Below are positions 14,701-29,700 of a DNA stretch of 64,000 bases, piece by piece. Position 1 is the first letter of the stretch, and every line of letters begins with the position of its first letter. Source of the stretch: Antedon mediterranea (lineage: Eukaryota > Animalia > Echinodermata); the NCBI RefSeq assembly GCF_964355755.1, contig NC_092680.1, positions 4,526,001-4,590,000 of the forward strand, read 5' to 3'. A model generated the notes under the pieces. The model did not search any database. It had not been told where the DNA came from and worked only from the letters and a program-made list of their open reading frames with translations. Made by a program: the position numbers and the translations under genes.

Positions 14701-17700
14701 CACCCTAGAATAAAAAAACCATTCATTGTCACGAAAGGGACCATCAAATTTGGCTGAATCACATCGGCCAATCAGATACTTTTGATGCTACATCCCATAC
14801 CACTCCCGTCCCACTACACCTGCAATGCAGTGTGTTGAGTTTTTTTTTCTATATAGGATTGGTTTCTTTTTCCTTGTGTTTATATTCATTATTACACATG
14901 AACTATATATAAATTCAAGAAATGTCCACACATCCATTTATTTTAAACTGAAATTTTGACAAATATAAAATATATTCAAAATTCGAGTTAAACTGCCTCA
15001 ATATAAATTTATTAACACGACATGTTTCGAGCATAGCCCATCATTTGTGGAATTTCGATAAAAACAAAAAACGACAATGGCCATGCATATAAGCAGTTGG
15101 ACAGTTTGTTTAAATAACAAATTGTGTTGTATAAAGAATGAGATTTTTTGTTGACAAATTTAGTTTAATTGTCTTTCTTGGTTAATGCTGTTATTGAGAA
15201 TTTAATTACCTTGATTGCAGTATTAACTGTATTTTGAATATCCATGCTAAAAATAAAATACCTTTTACCTAAACACATTTATGAAACGTTCCTTACAATA
15301 TGAAACATGCATTGCTTTTATCTGAGAGTATGATACATCAAGAGAACTGTGTCTGTGAATGTAAACCTGACATAAAATGTAATTCCACACTAATTTGACA
15401 ATGTATCTCATGCACCCTTGGTGAATACATTACTAGTGCAACAATGTGACATATGCTATTACTATTTGTGTCTATTAATATGCCTCTAAACCTTTACAAC
15501 AGTGGCACCATGTTCATACATAAGTGTATTCTTAAAATAAATATAATATAGACAAGCATACAAAATCAATCCAACAAACATACAGTACAAAAATAATATA
15601 TGTAATCTTTATATTTTCTGTTAAATCAAGTAAGTACTAAAAATAGATATTTCTTTATTTTGACAATTAAGAAAACAAGTTCTCTAGCTAGCATATCCGT
15701 TATGACTTGTCGCTAATGAATATTCTCCTCTTAATTAATATAACAAGAAAATAATTGTATATTTTAATGCAATGTATTATAGAAAGAAGAAGAACAGCAA
15801 AGAGAAAAATACGTTGAGTTGTCTAAATGTCTTATTTTATGAAAAGATTCAATCTATCTATTGCTATTAATAGTATTTTTATATTTTAATATGGTTAAAT
15901 ATATTTTACCAGTTTATACCACACACAAATTTATATTGAATTTAAATTTAATTCAATATTTTTTTTTATCAGATAAATTTAAATGATTTTCTTGACAAGT
16001 TCATGGGAGAGCAGGCACCGCAGAGTATTATGTGGTTACCATTGATGCACAAGATGGAAACAGCAGAAAATGGTAACATTTATATCTCTTTATATTCTTG
16101 GGTTAAGTAGCCGAGTGGTTATGACACTTGACTATCATACAGAGAGACCGGGTTCAATTCCCAGTTCACTCAGATATTGTAAATGAGTACCTGGTTGAAA
16201 AGATAGGTGGTGTGGAAAGGAACTGGCCACCCTAACACATAATGCTGAGGCTTTATAAGTACAATGAGCTCCTAACAGCTCCATTCCCCTATGTTCAGAA
16301 TGAACATGGTACTCACCTCATATTCTCTACAAAATAAATGATACCATTTCCAGTGCTGACAAAGGCGAATGAAAGATTTTTCAAACAGGGAAATGCTAAC
16401 ATAATACTATAGTCTGTCAAAAGTAGATATCACGAAATTATTATTTCATTTTAGCTGTCAAAAAGAGGGAGAATGCACCCCAGACACAACCGCCCCTGAC
16501 TTACAATTTGATTTACAGGAAATTTTCCTATGGCATTAATTATTATAATTTAAGGTATAAGCCAAGATAACATGTAACATACATATAGTATTATTATTAA
16601 TAATAAACTAGAAAGGCAGTCGTTTCAAGAAATGTAAAAATGAAATGAATAACGATAATTTTGCGTGGATAACCTATCTTGTCCTAAGTGACAAGTTCAA
16701 ATACTGTTACGTTTTCTGTTAATTACATTTGAGAATGTTTACATTTATTATTGCAGATTGTTTAATTTGAAAGATTTATTTCTTGGTTACGATGTAAATA
16801 TCATTATTAGATAGAATTGTTTATACTTTAATCAAACAACTGCCATATTAGCATTATTTATGTCTTTGATGTTTCATCAAATACTTTAACATGTCCGTTT
16901 GTGTATACAAGATCAGAGTATGTTTACAAGACTACAGTTAATTTTATACAATAATACATATTATATTTAATAATAAACACAATTTAAAAGTGTAAATCAA
17001 TTATTAATCTTTTTTGAACATTATGCAACATTTTAATTTATTATTTTTGTACTCTGATTATTATTATATTTCACTATTAATTGCTTTTGAAATCTCCAAT
17101 TATAAATGTTTATATTTGTCTTTTCAAAGTATTTCATCCCGTTGAATGCAACTACTGCCACCGCGAGTCCATGATGGGCTTCCGATACAAGTGCCAACGG
17201 TGTTCCAACTTTCAACTTTGTCAAAACTGTTTTTGGAGAGGCAACGTATGTGCAGGTCACACTCAGGATCACCAAATGAAAGAGCATACATCTTGGGTAA
17301 GTGAAAGTATTTTCTTCTTTAGTTTACTAGTAACTTTAGGTTTTCTCTTGGTTCCTACCGAGATGCATACCCAAAGTTGTAAGCACACTAAAAGGATTGG
17401 ACCAATCACAAGCAATGGATTTTCAGAACTGTCACTTTGTCACAGGTCTACTCGCTGGAGTTGAGCTTACGCCGTTACGTTGCGTCCTAGTGGGTCTATT
17501 GGGATTTTCCCCCTTAATATGTTAATACCATATTCATTGATCATATTCTTTCTTTATATTGTCATTTTAAGATATAAAACCTACAGCATGCTAAATTTAA
17601 AAAGATGAACATAATATATTTCTTACAAAAAACGCTGCTCGCTTATTGACGTAACAGTTTTAAAGATATATTGTCCCTCTGATAAATATTTTTTATTTCA

Positions 17701-20700
17701 AATTTGTTTTTGAATGTGTCATTTTAGTGTCACATATTAGTTATTTTACCTGAAAAAAAATGTAATTTAAAGCAAAAATACTTAAATTGTCTGTCAGACA
17801 ATAGTTTTTGAGTTATAATTAAACAATTATTTTCTTTTTTTATACATGAATAAATATAATTTTTTGTTGACGTTTTATGGGTCCAGCAGCTGGGACCTAT
17901 AAATTATAGTCGAGTTTCCATTTTAGCAAAAACGTCTCTAATACTATATTACTGCTTGCTTTCATCTCTTGTGACGTAGCGGGCTAGAGCAGCTGCGTGA
18001 AAAATCATACAGTAGTACACATAAAATACACAATCAATTCCAACATTTGGGCCTACATCTTTAGTACTTATGAATTTAGGACTGATTTACATGTTATTGC
18101 TATTCTTAGTCTTTTCAATTCTGCACTTAAAACTATAGCATGCTTTCTTATAATATTCAAGGGAATAGCACTCACAAAGTGAACATCTTTTAATTTCCAT
18201 GTATAATTTATTGTTATGTCACATCTTAGAAGAATATCGGTACATGTGAGACATATTAAAATATCAGAACAGCACCCTCTATTGTCAAAAATTGTAGAGT
18301 TAAATTCCAGCGTTGCATGTTGAAAGTTCCTGATATTGATCATTACCCCCTCTATTGGCGATACCTGTTCTACAATCTTGATCCTAATTTTTTACTTGGC
18401 AATGTTTTGTTTTCAAGAAAGTGAAATCGAAAGCTCTGTCTGCACTATGATAATTTGACAAAAAAAGTGTGATGTGCCCAAATATGATCATCATTATCAT
18501 GTCTATATATGTGCACATCACATTTTTTGGTCACATACTTAAAGTTTGATAACGTAGACAGGGCTTATTTTATTTATTTGTTCTTTCTTTAAACTGAAAT
18601 ACACTTTCAATACAAATGTACTGATTTCCAAAGTGGTTCAGTATTAACATATTTATAACAAAAATACAATATAAACGAAAAACAAAAAGAAAGAAAAGAG
18701 ATATAAAACTATTTACAATTGTAAAGGCAAAAAGGTTAATACATGGTTTCTATAGTGAAGATTTAAAAGTTGCCAAAGACATATTATGGAGTTATGTAAT
18801 TGACAAGATCACAGCTACCGTATGTTGTTTAAAGGTTTTTACACATCTAAACTTTTTTGCCTAGTTACTAGTTTATCACATCACAAAAAGATAATAGTGT
18901 TTCTTTATTTAGAAATTTAATTACATTTGTTAATAGGTCTGTACAAGTTTAATTATAGTAAAAACCAGCCCTTTGACACCCAATTCAGTGTATTAAGGGA
19001 ACACCTTACTGTGAAAAGAAGGAGGAGAAATATATATATATAATATATATTGTCCTATGAGGACAATATACAGGAGATAATTTGTTGGGTCCTGAAAGTC
19101 TCCCCCTAATAGGTGTTCTACTATTTTGGTGACATTCAAGACATATTTCCAGACACTCCCCCTCGTTATATAGAGAGTTCACTTAATGTCTAGACCTTCC
19201 CAAGTAATTACACAGAATGTTTAAATTTAAACTGCCTAGCAGGACCACCTAGTTCCAATATGATTCCAATCACACTATTAAATCATATTATTCATAATTA
19301 ATAGAATTTGATAACTAGAATTTAATTCGTCACTTTGACGAATTATAGGTGATCATTGTTATCATTTTAATGAAATTAACATTTTTTAAACATGCATGTA
19401 CGTTAACATACGATCGTAAAAAGTTGATGTACGCCATCCTATGACATGATGCATAATCTTATATCGCTGAGTTGTGCCTATTATATGCCATATGGGTGTT
19501 TCCATAAATTAAGGGGCCAGTGGGTATTTTAGTATTGGTGATAGTTAGTTTGCTGTTTACTCTAAATTGGTAATAGTTATTTAAAAAATGATTTTATCAT
19601 ATGATAGAACAATAATATGGGTTAATACTATTACATGTTGGAAAAAAAAAATTGCAAAAAAAAACGATTTTTAAAAAAAATATATCGTGGTGTCTAGCTC
19701 ATTTTATTAAAATATGTGTGACATTTAAATACACTGACATATCAGAGTTTAAAAAATATACTACAGCAATAGTTATTTTGTATTTATTTATCATCACAAT
19801 AGAGTACAAAGCAACGTTAAATATAAGCTAATTACAATTTCCCACGATTTTTTGTTTTCCACACAACGGTCCGCGACGTCCAGCATCACAACGTAACATT
19901 TCGTGTCTCACTTTGTTACGTTGTTAGTACGATCTTTATTAGTGAACAGACACAAGAAGTACCACTATAATGACGAAAATCGAATTACATTCACTACAAC
20001 AGATCACTGAAATTTACCTTACACAATGTTCTACAAAATGGCGATTTTATTTAGTCAGTTACAGACGAAAAACTATTTTTTTAGAACATTTCGTGTCTCG
20101 TATATTCGTTACGTAGTTATTCATAGACCATCGGTGGTAAACGCCGCGAGAGCTATTTCTGAAGTTGAAGGTCACGTGATTCAAGAAGCAGGCGAACTAA
20201 AGTCTCGGCGAAAAAATCATCGCTAGGATCCGCGCTAATTTCGAGTTACAGCGGTAGAGACTTTTCGTGTCCCTCTGTTACGTTGTTTCAACTGTTACGT
20301 TGTAAATAACTTCTACGCGCTTCATTGCATGTAAGTTTTGTGTATTTTTATTTTGTTAGTTTTTAGAATTTAGAAAATAGTGGGTTATAATGAAAAATAC
20401 AAGAAAATTAAACGCCAAAACTATCTTCGTACTCTACGTCAACATCATAGTCAAAAACTGGGTGTCGTATACACAATGAGACACGGTTACGTTGGTAGTT
20501 TGTTGATACTATATAGTTGATATTTGTTTTAATGTGGTAGGAATGTTGTTTATCTCATAGCAGCTTCATAATGTATACCCAATGAACAGATATGTCTATA
20601 ATTGATTAATATTTAACAAATTAATGAGCAAAATTGCAAAACATTTTCCACTAGGCAGGTTACAGCGTAACATCGTAGAAGATACGCCGTGTCTTGTTAC

Positions 20701-23700
20701 GTAGTGTACTAGACCTTATACTGGTGTAGTATTTTGCAAATAATTAGCAATTAGTTACCATAAAATCTTTAAATTTTACATTATGTGTTTGCTATTTGGT
20801 TATTGCTTCTATATGACACAGAAAAATAAAAATTTATTTAATTATTGTCACAAGAAATAGGGATAAAAGTCCATAGTTTACAACCACTTTCAGAATAAAA
20901 ACAAATTCGTCGTTTTTGACTATTCTATTTGTTACAGTAGGAAAAAAAAGAATTGTATTTGGTTCATTTCAGTTATAATAAAAAACATATTACACAAAAT
21001 AATGTGTAATATTAGTACATAATTTTGTTTATTTATTTAACGTTGCTATTCGACAAGATAAAATATGAATTAAATGTTTACTATAATATACATTTAAAAT
21101 ACCCTCCACTATAGTGAGCGAGTCCAAGCAACTTGGTTGTCGCGTATGCGCGCCTATCATATTTGGGCGATTTCACTTGATGTGTAGGGAATATTTAACT
21201 TGTTTCAATTACAATCTACGGAAGATATACTAAGGTTTTATAAATTTAATAATAATTAATAACTTTATTTAAATTGATAAAAACAATTACATATAATATA
21301 AACGCAAGGCTGTGGATAACAATTTATTATGAACGAAATCAAATCAAAACAACAAAGAACAATAGGTTCTCCTAATAGTAATAGGATAGTATTACCACGT
21401 GCTTGGGCAATGAACTCTGCTCCACATTGCGATAAGTTTATTTTTAGCTGGCTCGGCGACTCCGAAGCTGAAAGGGGTGACTGGTATTTCTACAGGTCTG
21501 TACGATAATTATTAAGGGTTTTCCGAAATATCACGTGCTTGGCTAATGAGCTCTCCTCCACATTGAGATCGCGTTTATTTTTTAGCTGACTCGGCGACTC
21601 CGGCGGTATTTCTACAGCGAGAGTGTATATACTCCATGTACGATGATTATTAATAGGGTTTTCCGAAACACCACGTGCTTGGCTAATAAAATTCTCCTCC
21701 AAATTGAGATCGCGTTTATTTTTAGCTGTTCAGTTTGATGGACCTTTATTTTTTAATTTTTATTGAAAACCAACGTGATTGCTGGCTCGGCGACTCCCGG
21801 TGCTCAAATTGGGTGACTGGTATTATTTCGGTCATGGTTCGGTGAACCTTTATTTTGTTGGCCAAAACCCACATGCTTGCTTCGTCGGCTCCCTACAAAG
21901 AGATCGCGCTTAGTTTAATGGGGAACCTTTATTTACTCTTCGTTTTAAATATATTCCATAGACTTCAACATTATAACTAGTCTACTGTTTTCCCCGATGT
22001 GGTTTAAAAACAATTATAAAAGAATGAGAAATAAAGTCAACAGACATTTTACAACATTTAAAAATAATACGTAAAAAACATTTATACCCAGTATAACTAA
22101 GACAAAATTATCAGTAACATATTAATTTTATTATAATAATAAAATGATAATAATAAATATTTGATGAATAAAATTAATATTTTAAACTAATAATCTGAAA
22201 AGAAAGCAATAGTTTTAGTCAAATCAATTTATGAGCATAACTCAAGAAAGACAAATATATACAGTGTTCATTTATTGTTTTATAATTAATAATAATAAAT
22301 ATTATAATCCATCAACATAAGATAAGAAAACACTTTCTTTAGTATAGTAGGCCTAACATATTTTATAATAATAATAGATATATTTATTTTTATTTAAATT
22401 GGTATAATTTATATTAAAAATACTTAATTATATACTTTATATTTCTATATGATGATGAATCAAATTTAACCCAGATGGGCAAATCTAATGTTTCATTGTC
22501 ATTTTTTTCATCTATACAGATCAGCAGTTTATCAACAATGTTACCGTTCCAATTGAGAACTGCATTTAACCCCAAAAATAGAGATGCCGCATCAACAAAA
22601 AGACCAACCAAAGAAACATCAGCCCACAGACGGTTCTCGAATATACAGTAATTTCAGCGTAAAAAAAAATTACATAACTGAAATTAAATTATTAAACAGG
22701 GTTACATCAGGTGGTTAAAATCAGCACTGAAAGTACGAACCAACTTTATATACCATTGAGTAAACATTTTAGAAGTAATGCGCGATTTACCAAATTTTTC
22801 CCTCACGTAAATTTATATAGATTATACGTTTTAATGATTGAACAAGAGTGTTAATGCGAAGTATATCCAAATGTATTCTCAATGATTTTACTGTAAATGA
22901 CTATTAATAGTATATTTTAGCAGTTTGTTGTGTGCAGTAGTAATTACAGTTGTCACACTTTAAAAATAATGTAGTAGTTCTTGTTGACTTATTTAAGTGA
23001 ACTATTTGGTGTCTCTGTTACACGTGAAAACTTCAATTTTTTATTGCATGAATTATATTGTTTTATTGATTAAAAGATAGTATTTGATATACTATTTTTA
23101 CCAGTTTATCAATTGTATGCAGTAGTAACCACATTTGTTACACTTTAAAAATGGCTGCATATCAAAACCATTTCATAAAACATTGTGACGAGTTAAAGTG
23201 AACATTTGGTGTCTCCGTTACACGTGAAATCTTCCATTTATATTTCATGAACCATATTGTTTTATTTCCACATGGAGGTATGATCCTGATTTGACTTGTT
23301 GCTAGTAAATGTATATACTTGAGGTATATTCTGTTCATTTCTGTATTGTTTACATGTAATTTTTAAACAGCAGTGACTTTACAAATCTTTTATATAGAAA
23401 TTAAGTCAACTTTAACGGCTTTGCATAATTATTTCATAAGCTATTTTTTAAATTTGAAAAGGTGTGATTTAAATAATATTTTTCTGCATTGAAGATGTTC
23501 CCAAAAGCTATTTAAAAATCCAATTTAAACAGTTTTAGGTTATTAATAATAACTTATAAGAGGGGTAGATAATGTGATTTTGGTGTCTCCGTTACACGTG
23601 AAATTTGCTATGCATGTTGATACTATATAAATGCTGTTACATAGAGACAACAGATTTAATGTGTATTTTGCTTCTTTTTTTTAGTTCAAGTACATGATAT

Positions 23701-26700
23701 ACTATTTAGAATTGATTATTAGACTTAGAATGTCACACTTTGAAATTCTGACCCTAATGTCACACCTTGGCCCCTTTATTTATGGAAACACCCATATACA
23801 ATATGTACAGTATATACTGTATATCTATACACAGTGTAGCATAGGTGAAATTACGGGACACACATCATGTTCTAATTTTTTGGTATGATGGAATTATCAA
23901 AATAAACTCAAAGATGACAATTTCGAAAGATAATAAATTGAGCAAATAAATATAAGAATTGGAAGAGAATCTGGCACGTAGAAGCGCTGTGCGCGCTCTT
24001 TGAAATTTGTATAACTTTGACGAAAAAGATGAAAAAACTACTTTTTAACTTCATCTGGCCATATGTTAACGTCACAACATCTGATACGCTTGGTTTTTAT
24101 ATGAATTCATATCTACATTTCATCAGCTTTCATAATAAATTATAATCGTCAAGGTAACCTTCAATTCTGAAGAGCTGTAAGATATTCAAATTTACGGCGA
24201 AGGTGAAATTACACGACCTACGTTATTCAAGTTTTTACGCGTGATGACGTCATCAAAATGACAACACTGACAACTTATGAGAAAGATAAATAATTAAGCA
24301 AGCACACACTGAAATTTGTGCGAAAATCGAGGTCAAATAGCGGAGATGCGCTCTATTGAATGTGATAACCTAAACAAAACGGAAAAAAATCCTAATTGTT
24401 AAATTCAAGTGGCCATTTGATGACGTAATACCATTTTTTACGTCTAATGTGTATATACATTTATATCTACAACTCAATGGCTTCACGAATAAGTTAAAAA
24501 ACTTAGGTGTCATCGTGCATTCTGAAGAGTTATTTTCATTTTAAAAAAGACATATTTTTCACCATTTTCAGAACTTTTGTGAAATAAATGTGCGCATTTT
24601 GTCATTTTTAACGTGCTCGTATAGCGTTATTTTAAGTCGGAACTGACTCAAATTTGGTGAATGTACTAAGGATGGTGAGTAGAATGCGATTTCTACAAAA
24701 AAATCGTATTTTTACGCTTTTTAAGTATCGCGCGCGCAAAAACGTGTTTTTGCGCAGTAATTTTTTGAAACACGCAAATGGCCTAATTCATGCTCTAAAT
24801 TGATCAAAACTTAATTTTGAGCCTTTTAAATTTTTAACGCGCGATTTCACGCGCATGTCTATACGTGCGCGTGCGTTTTTATTTGCTAATATTTTTACCT
24901 TGACCTGAAGTTTACGTGTAGTGAATTTCTTAAATATGTGATAATGAATTATGGATATATGATTGATAATGTGATTTCACAAAATCGCGTATACGTGACG
25001 TCACGGGTCAGTGATCACGCTGAAAAGCTTATTATGGCTAAGTTAAAGTATTTGAAAGACATTGTAAAATTTTTGTGATCATTGCTATTCAACTTTTTGA
25101 GATATTTGACGAACAAAAAGTGTACAGAAAGAAGAATAATAAAGATTTTATACAATAACAATAGGTGATCATTTTATTCTAAAAATGATCACCTAATTAG
25201 ACCCAGAATTATACCCATGAAATCTCCAGGACAGTTAACCTTAGACATTTGACTTTCACAAAAAAAGGAGTACTAAACACTAATTAACTAGTTGTTACCA
25301 TGGTGATTGAGTTTGATACCAGTCTCAGTAATTAGTATAGGCGTGTTCTGTGATTGGCTGAACATATTAGTAGTGCTAAGATGAAAAGAAAAAGCTGATA
25401 AACTCAAAATCTACAACTAATAAATTGTATCAGTTGGTTTTGCATACTTGTCACACACTGTATATTGGCATTAGATGCAATATTATTGTGTGCTGCACCA
25501 TGTCAAGGTATAGTATTACAGTATATATTTTATCTATATAGTGTTTTAAAATATTATATATCACACTTTTTTTGTCAAACTAGTTTGATAGTGTAGACAG
25601 AGCTTTAGACGGGGCTGTACATTTTGAAATTAAAATCCAGTGGTTATCATATTAATTAATCGCACTGTAGTAAGACACTCTTAGACACTTAAGTAAATTG
25701 ATATTTGATATTTAAGAATTTTAAGTATAATTTTATCCCTATAGCCTACATTGTGATGACTCCTCAGCTGTCCACTTTCGGGAACTGTGTACACAGGTAC
25801 AGTACAGTACCAGTTTTTCCTTGATAGTGCTAATTATTTAATCAGGTTGAAGTTCATTTCAATTTTCCTGCCTTCACTATTCATTTTTGGTAATTATATA
25901 CAGAATGTGAAAGTGAACTTTGAACTTTTACAATTATAATATTGTAAAATGAATTACATAATGACATCAATATTGCTCGCTTCACTGATTAGATCTGCTT
26001 ATTAACAATTTACTCATCAGTACTGTCAAAATTCATTTGACATAGATAATGTTGATAATCCATTGACATAGACGATGTCAGTGTCAACTGTAGTGGAACT
26101 GTAGCTTGGTGGTTAATGCTTGCCTTCCAATCTCAAGGTCCCGGGTTCAATCCTGACTTATGTGTCTATAAATTATAAATTATCAAATAGTTTATCCATC
26201 CTGTAATTGCTCGCTGTTGAAAAAAATTATCCATGTAGAAGACCAACTGTATTGCAAGAATAATTATACAAAATATAACATTAGTTGTAAAAAGACTGTG
26301 TACTGACATAGATATGAAGGAATGTATAGTTAATCTCAAATTGCATGTTATGAAAATTGATCGTAGTTACAATTATTGATGAGTACAGTAAATACATTGG
26401 AGCAAAATTTAAAATATATCTATGTCTATATTGTACTGCATATTGTTCTCTATTTTTAAGAATACATTGTACAATTCGTTTCTGTACCATCAAATCAGAT
26501 AATTGCCTATAAGTCCTATAAGAAATTAATAAACACAATTAGTAGAGGGGAGGGTGTTGCAAATATTAGTTTTTTTTCTTTTCCAGCTCTGTATAGGTAA
26601 ATCATATATTAATAATTAGAATAATTGTAAAGTGCTTAAACCTTTTCAACATAATTATTTACAGTAATTTCGGATATTTTTATGTACTTGTGCTGCAACT

Positions 26701-29700
26701 ATATAATGAATATAATTATTTTATTAGCTGGTTGGCCATGGCAGTGCTTCATCAAAATAGTGTTTTTACTAAGTAGTGTACAAGTCTTTACATAACTCAT
26801 TTACATATTAAATAAATCAAATTTTAATACAGTTTAGAATATTAGAATAATTCCTTCTAAAATATATTCATATTTTAAGTTTGAAGTCAACATGTCAATA
26901 TTGTTGTTTTCTTGTCAATATCACATCCAAGCCAGTGACACAATACAACAGAGCACTTAGCGTCACCTGAGTATTAACTTGATATAGAGTAAGTTTAATT
27001 GAAGATAATTGCTTTAAGTGAAGCTATCATAATTTCAACGTGTCCATAGCTCGCCGTATCTTTACGTTGCATGTTTCTTGCTGTACATACCAGTTTTGAT
27101 ATTTCTCAGAAGCAGGACTTTTAGTCATTTGATCTAAGTCATTATTGGGAAATTTGCTTTTAAATTATATGGATCTTATAAGAGAGACAGGATTCAATGG
27201 TAATTATAAAGATTTAAATCAGGTTTTTTTTTCGTTTTCATATTTCTTAGCAGCTAGAGTGGAATCTAAACATTCCAAAATGCTATTTTATAATTTTGTA
27301 GATTTCATCATCATCATCATCGTCATTTTCATATTATCATAAATTTGACTTCTCGTCATCAATAATACAATCATCAAAAATCCTTTCAATTTATTCCTTT
27401 GAATTATATATTTGTATTTTATTTAAAGTCGTCTGCAGTAATAAAGTTTGCCGTTGAAATTCTTGGCATTTTATTTACTTTTATAGTTTTGTATTTTTTT
27501 CTGAAATATTATATATTGTAATGTTACGAAATTGAATTACAGATCTATTTCAGAATACAGTAGTACCCCTTCTTTGTCGTGAAAGGATGTAATACCACTA
27601 CAGCTAACCCTATACAGGAAGACACTTTTTTTTTTAGTCCTTGAGGTGTCTCCTTAATAGGAATGGTACTATTGCTACTACAGTATATGCTTTACAGCAA
27701 ATGTGTTTACTGTTTGTATAGAATTAAATAGCTTTGTTTCCCATTGTTTTTGCACAGAAGTAGGGCCAATACAAACTAAAGAATGAAATAATTTATCCTG
27801 TACTATACACATTAGTATTTATTAGGTGTTTTTATTTTTATTTATTACTGTTTCCTGATAGGTTTATTGTGTAATTAATCAATGATAATCAGTAAAGCTA
27901 TTAGTTATTCAAATAAGGAGAAGTGAATAAAGAGATAAATTGTGCACTAGGATTAATTTTAATGCATTGTGACAGATACTGAAATATTTATATATTTGTT
28001 TTCTTTTAATTTGATTCAGTTTCATAAGCCTACATTGAATTCACTTATTTTCTTTTTCTATTAAAGTCCCACTCCTTATGTTTTTAGATCTAATTTAATT
28101 TAATTTAAGGTCACAAACTACATATAATGTAAAAATAAATACTATGGTTCTATAGAGATAACTTTTTTCGTCTTTAAACGGTTAAAAAAGTGACAAATAA
28201 ATCCCGCTATAAATCCCAACGTGCATTTTTGTTTTACTTCAGGCCAAAACAAATGGAAGACTCCAACATTTCAGCGAAAATACCTGGTTTCCCCCAATTT
28301 GTATCAACAGAGTCGGGCAAAAACAGAAAGACAATTAATGAATGTACATTTAAGACAAGGAATTACCTGGTTTAATGTTTTTAAAGTAATAATGCATTAT
28401 TTTGACAAAACGTCACAAATTGTAGAAAAATAAGAAAGATATGAAATCTGTGTGAAGTTATTGAATAATGTAACTGCACCTACAGTATCTACAGTATGAG
28501 ATGATGATATGCCTATTATTTCTATATAATGATATCATTTACATAATTAACCTTAACGTGTCATATCATCAACTATTATCTTTGTATCTCTATCTATATC
28601 TGTATTGTTTTTCTTCACCTCACTTGCAATTAATAAAATATACAATATCTTGAAATTGGCACCTTTACAGTAATTAGGGTGAGAAAGTGTTTGGTTTCAC
28701 AACTGTTATTAGAATAGTGGCAAGGACCATGCCATTGACAGTGTCAATGTTAATAAGAACCATACCGTTGATAGTATTGAAAGATGTACTGTGTAAATAG
28801 TAATTATCGTTGGCTATTCTAGACTATTGTAGCTGGAGGATTTAGGCCACAAGAAAATCATTAAAAAGCTTTTAATTTAATAAGTAGTAAAGACAGTAAA
28901 AGGAATTAAATTGCAATACATTGACACTTTAAGTATCCTCTCGTGTAGTAGAGCAATACATATATTTATAAGGATTGCCTTCATTGGAAAGTTATAAGGT
29001 ATGATTAGAGTGTGGTGGAATTTATTTGTTATTCTCTATTTAATTGCATTTCATAAATGTTTAAATTATTCTTTTTTAATTAACTTTTATTGGGATTGTA
29101 TTGCTGAGAGCTAAAAAAAGGCTGTGATTGTAGTAGGATTGTGACTTATTTCCAATGAGGTCCAAATATTTCTTATGGAGTCAGAATTTAGCCTAATTCA
29201 GGGTGTGAGGTTATATCAAAGAATAGAACTATATACAGTACACAGTTTTAAATTAATTTAGACACATTGAACCCCTCACTCTAAATAGGAAATTTATTAA
29301 ATGGATAATAAACATTATTAAAGATTGTCTGAATATTCCCAACATTTTTGTTGTTGAATATGCCATTTTAATGTCACATAATACTGTATCTACTTTGACC
29401 AAAAATTGGATTAAAAAAAATTAATTTACCTAAAAAAACTGTAATTTAAAGCAAAACGACTGCCAATGGATTGTTGGTTGAATTTAACCCTTTTAACCAT
29501 TTTATAAGTTAAACATAATTTTTTTTTTTTTTGACAGAAGTGATTAACTTATTAAAACTACAAAATAACCTATTATAAGTCTGATTTAGTTAATCTTTTA
29601 AAGATTAACTAAATCAGACTTATAATAAACATTTTTCATGTTTTGGGGGATAAAACATCTTTAAAGATTAATGTCTGTTTTCCTTTAGTAGTCTTAATGA

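Noticed and set aside
16100-16170. Functional tRNA gene (also 26095-26160)
   Set aside because: A/B boxes are present but acceptor and anticodon stems do not pair, and SINE-like body sequence follows.
28190-28433. Possible internal exon or alternative start (ttcag|GCCAAAACAAATGGAAGAC)
   Set aside because: Good acceptor but no convincing donor or dystrobrevin similarity; the flanking exons join in frame without it.
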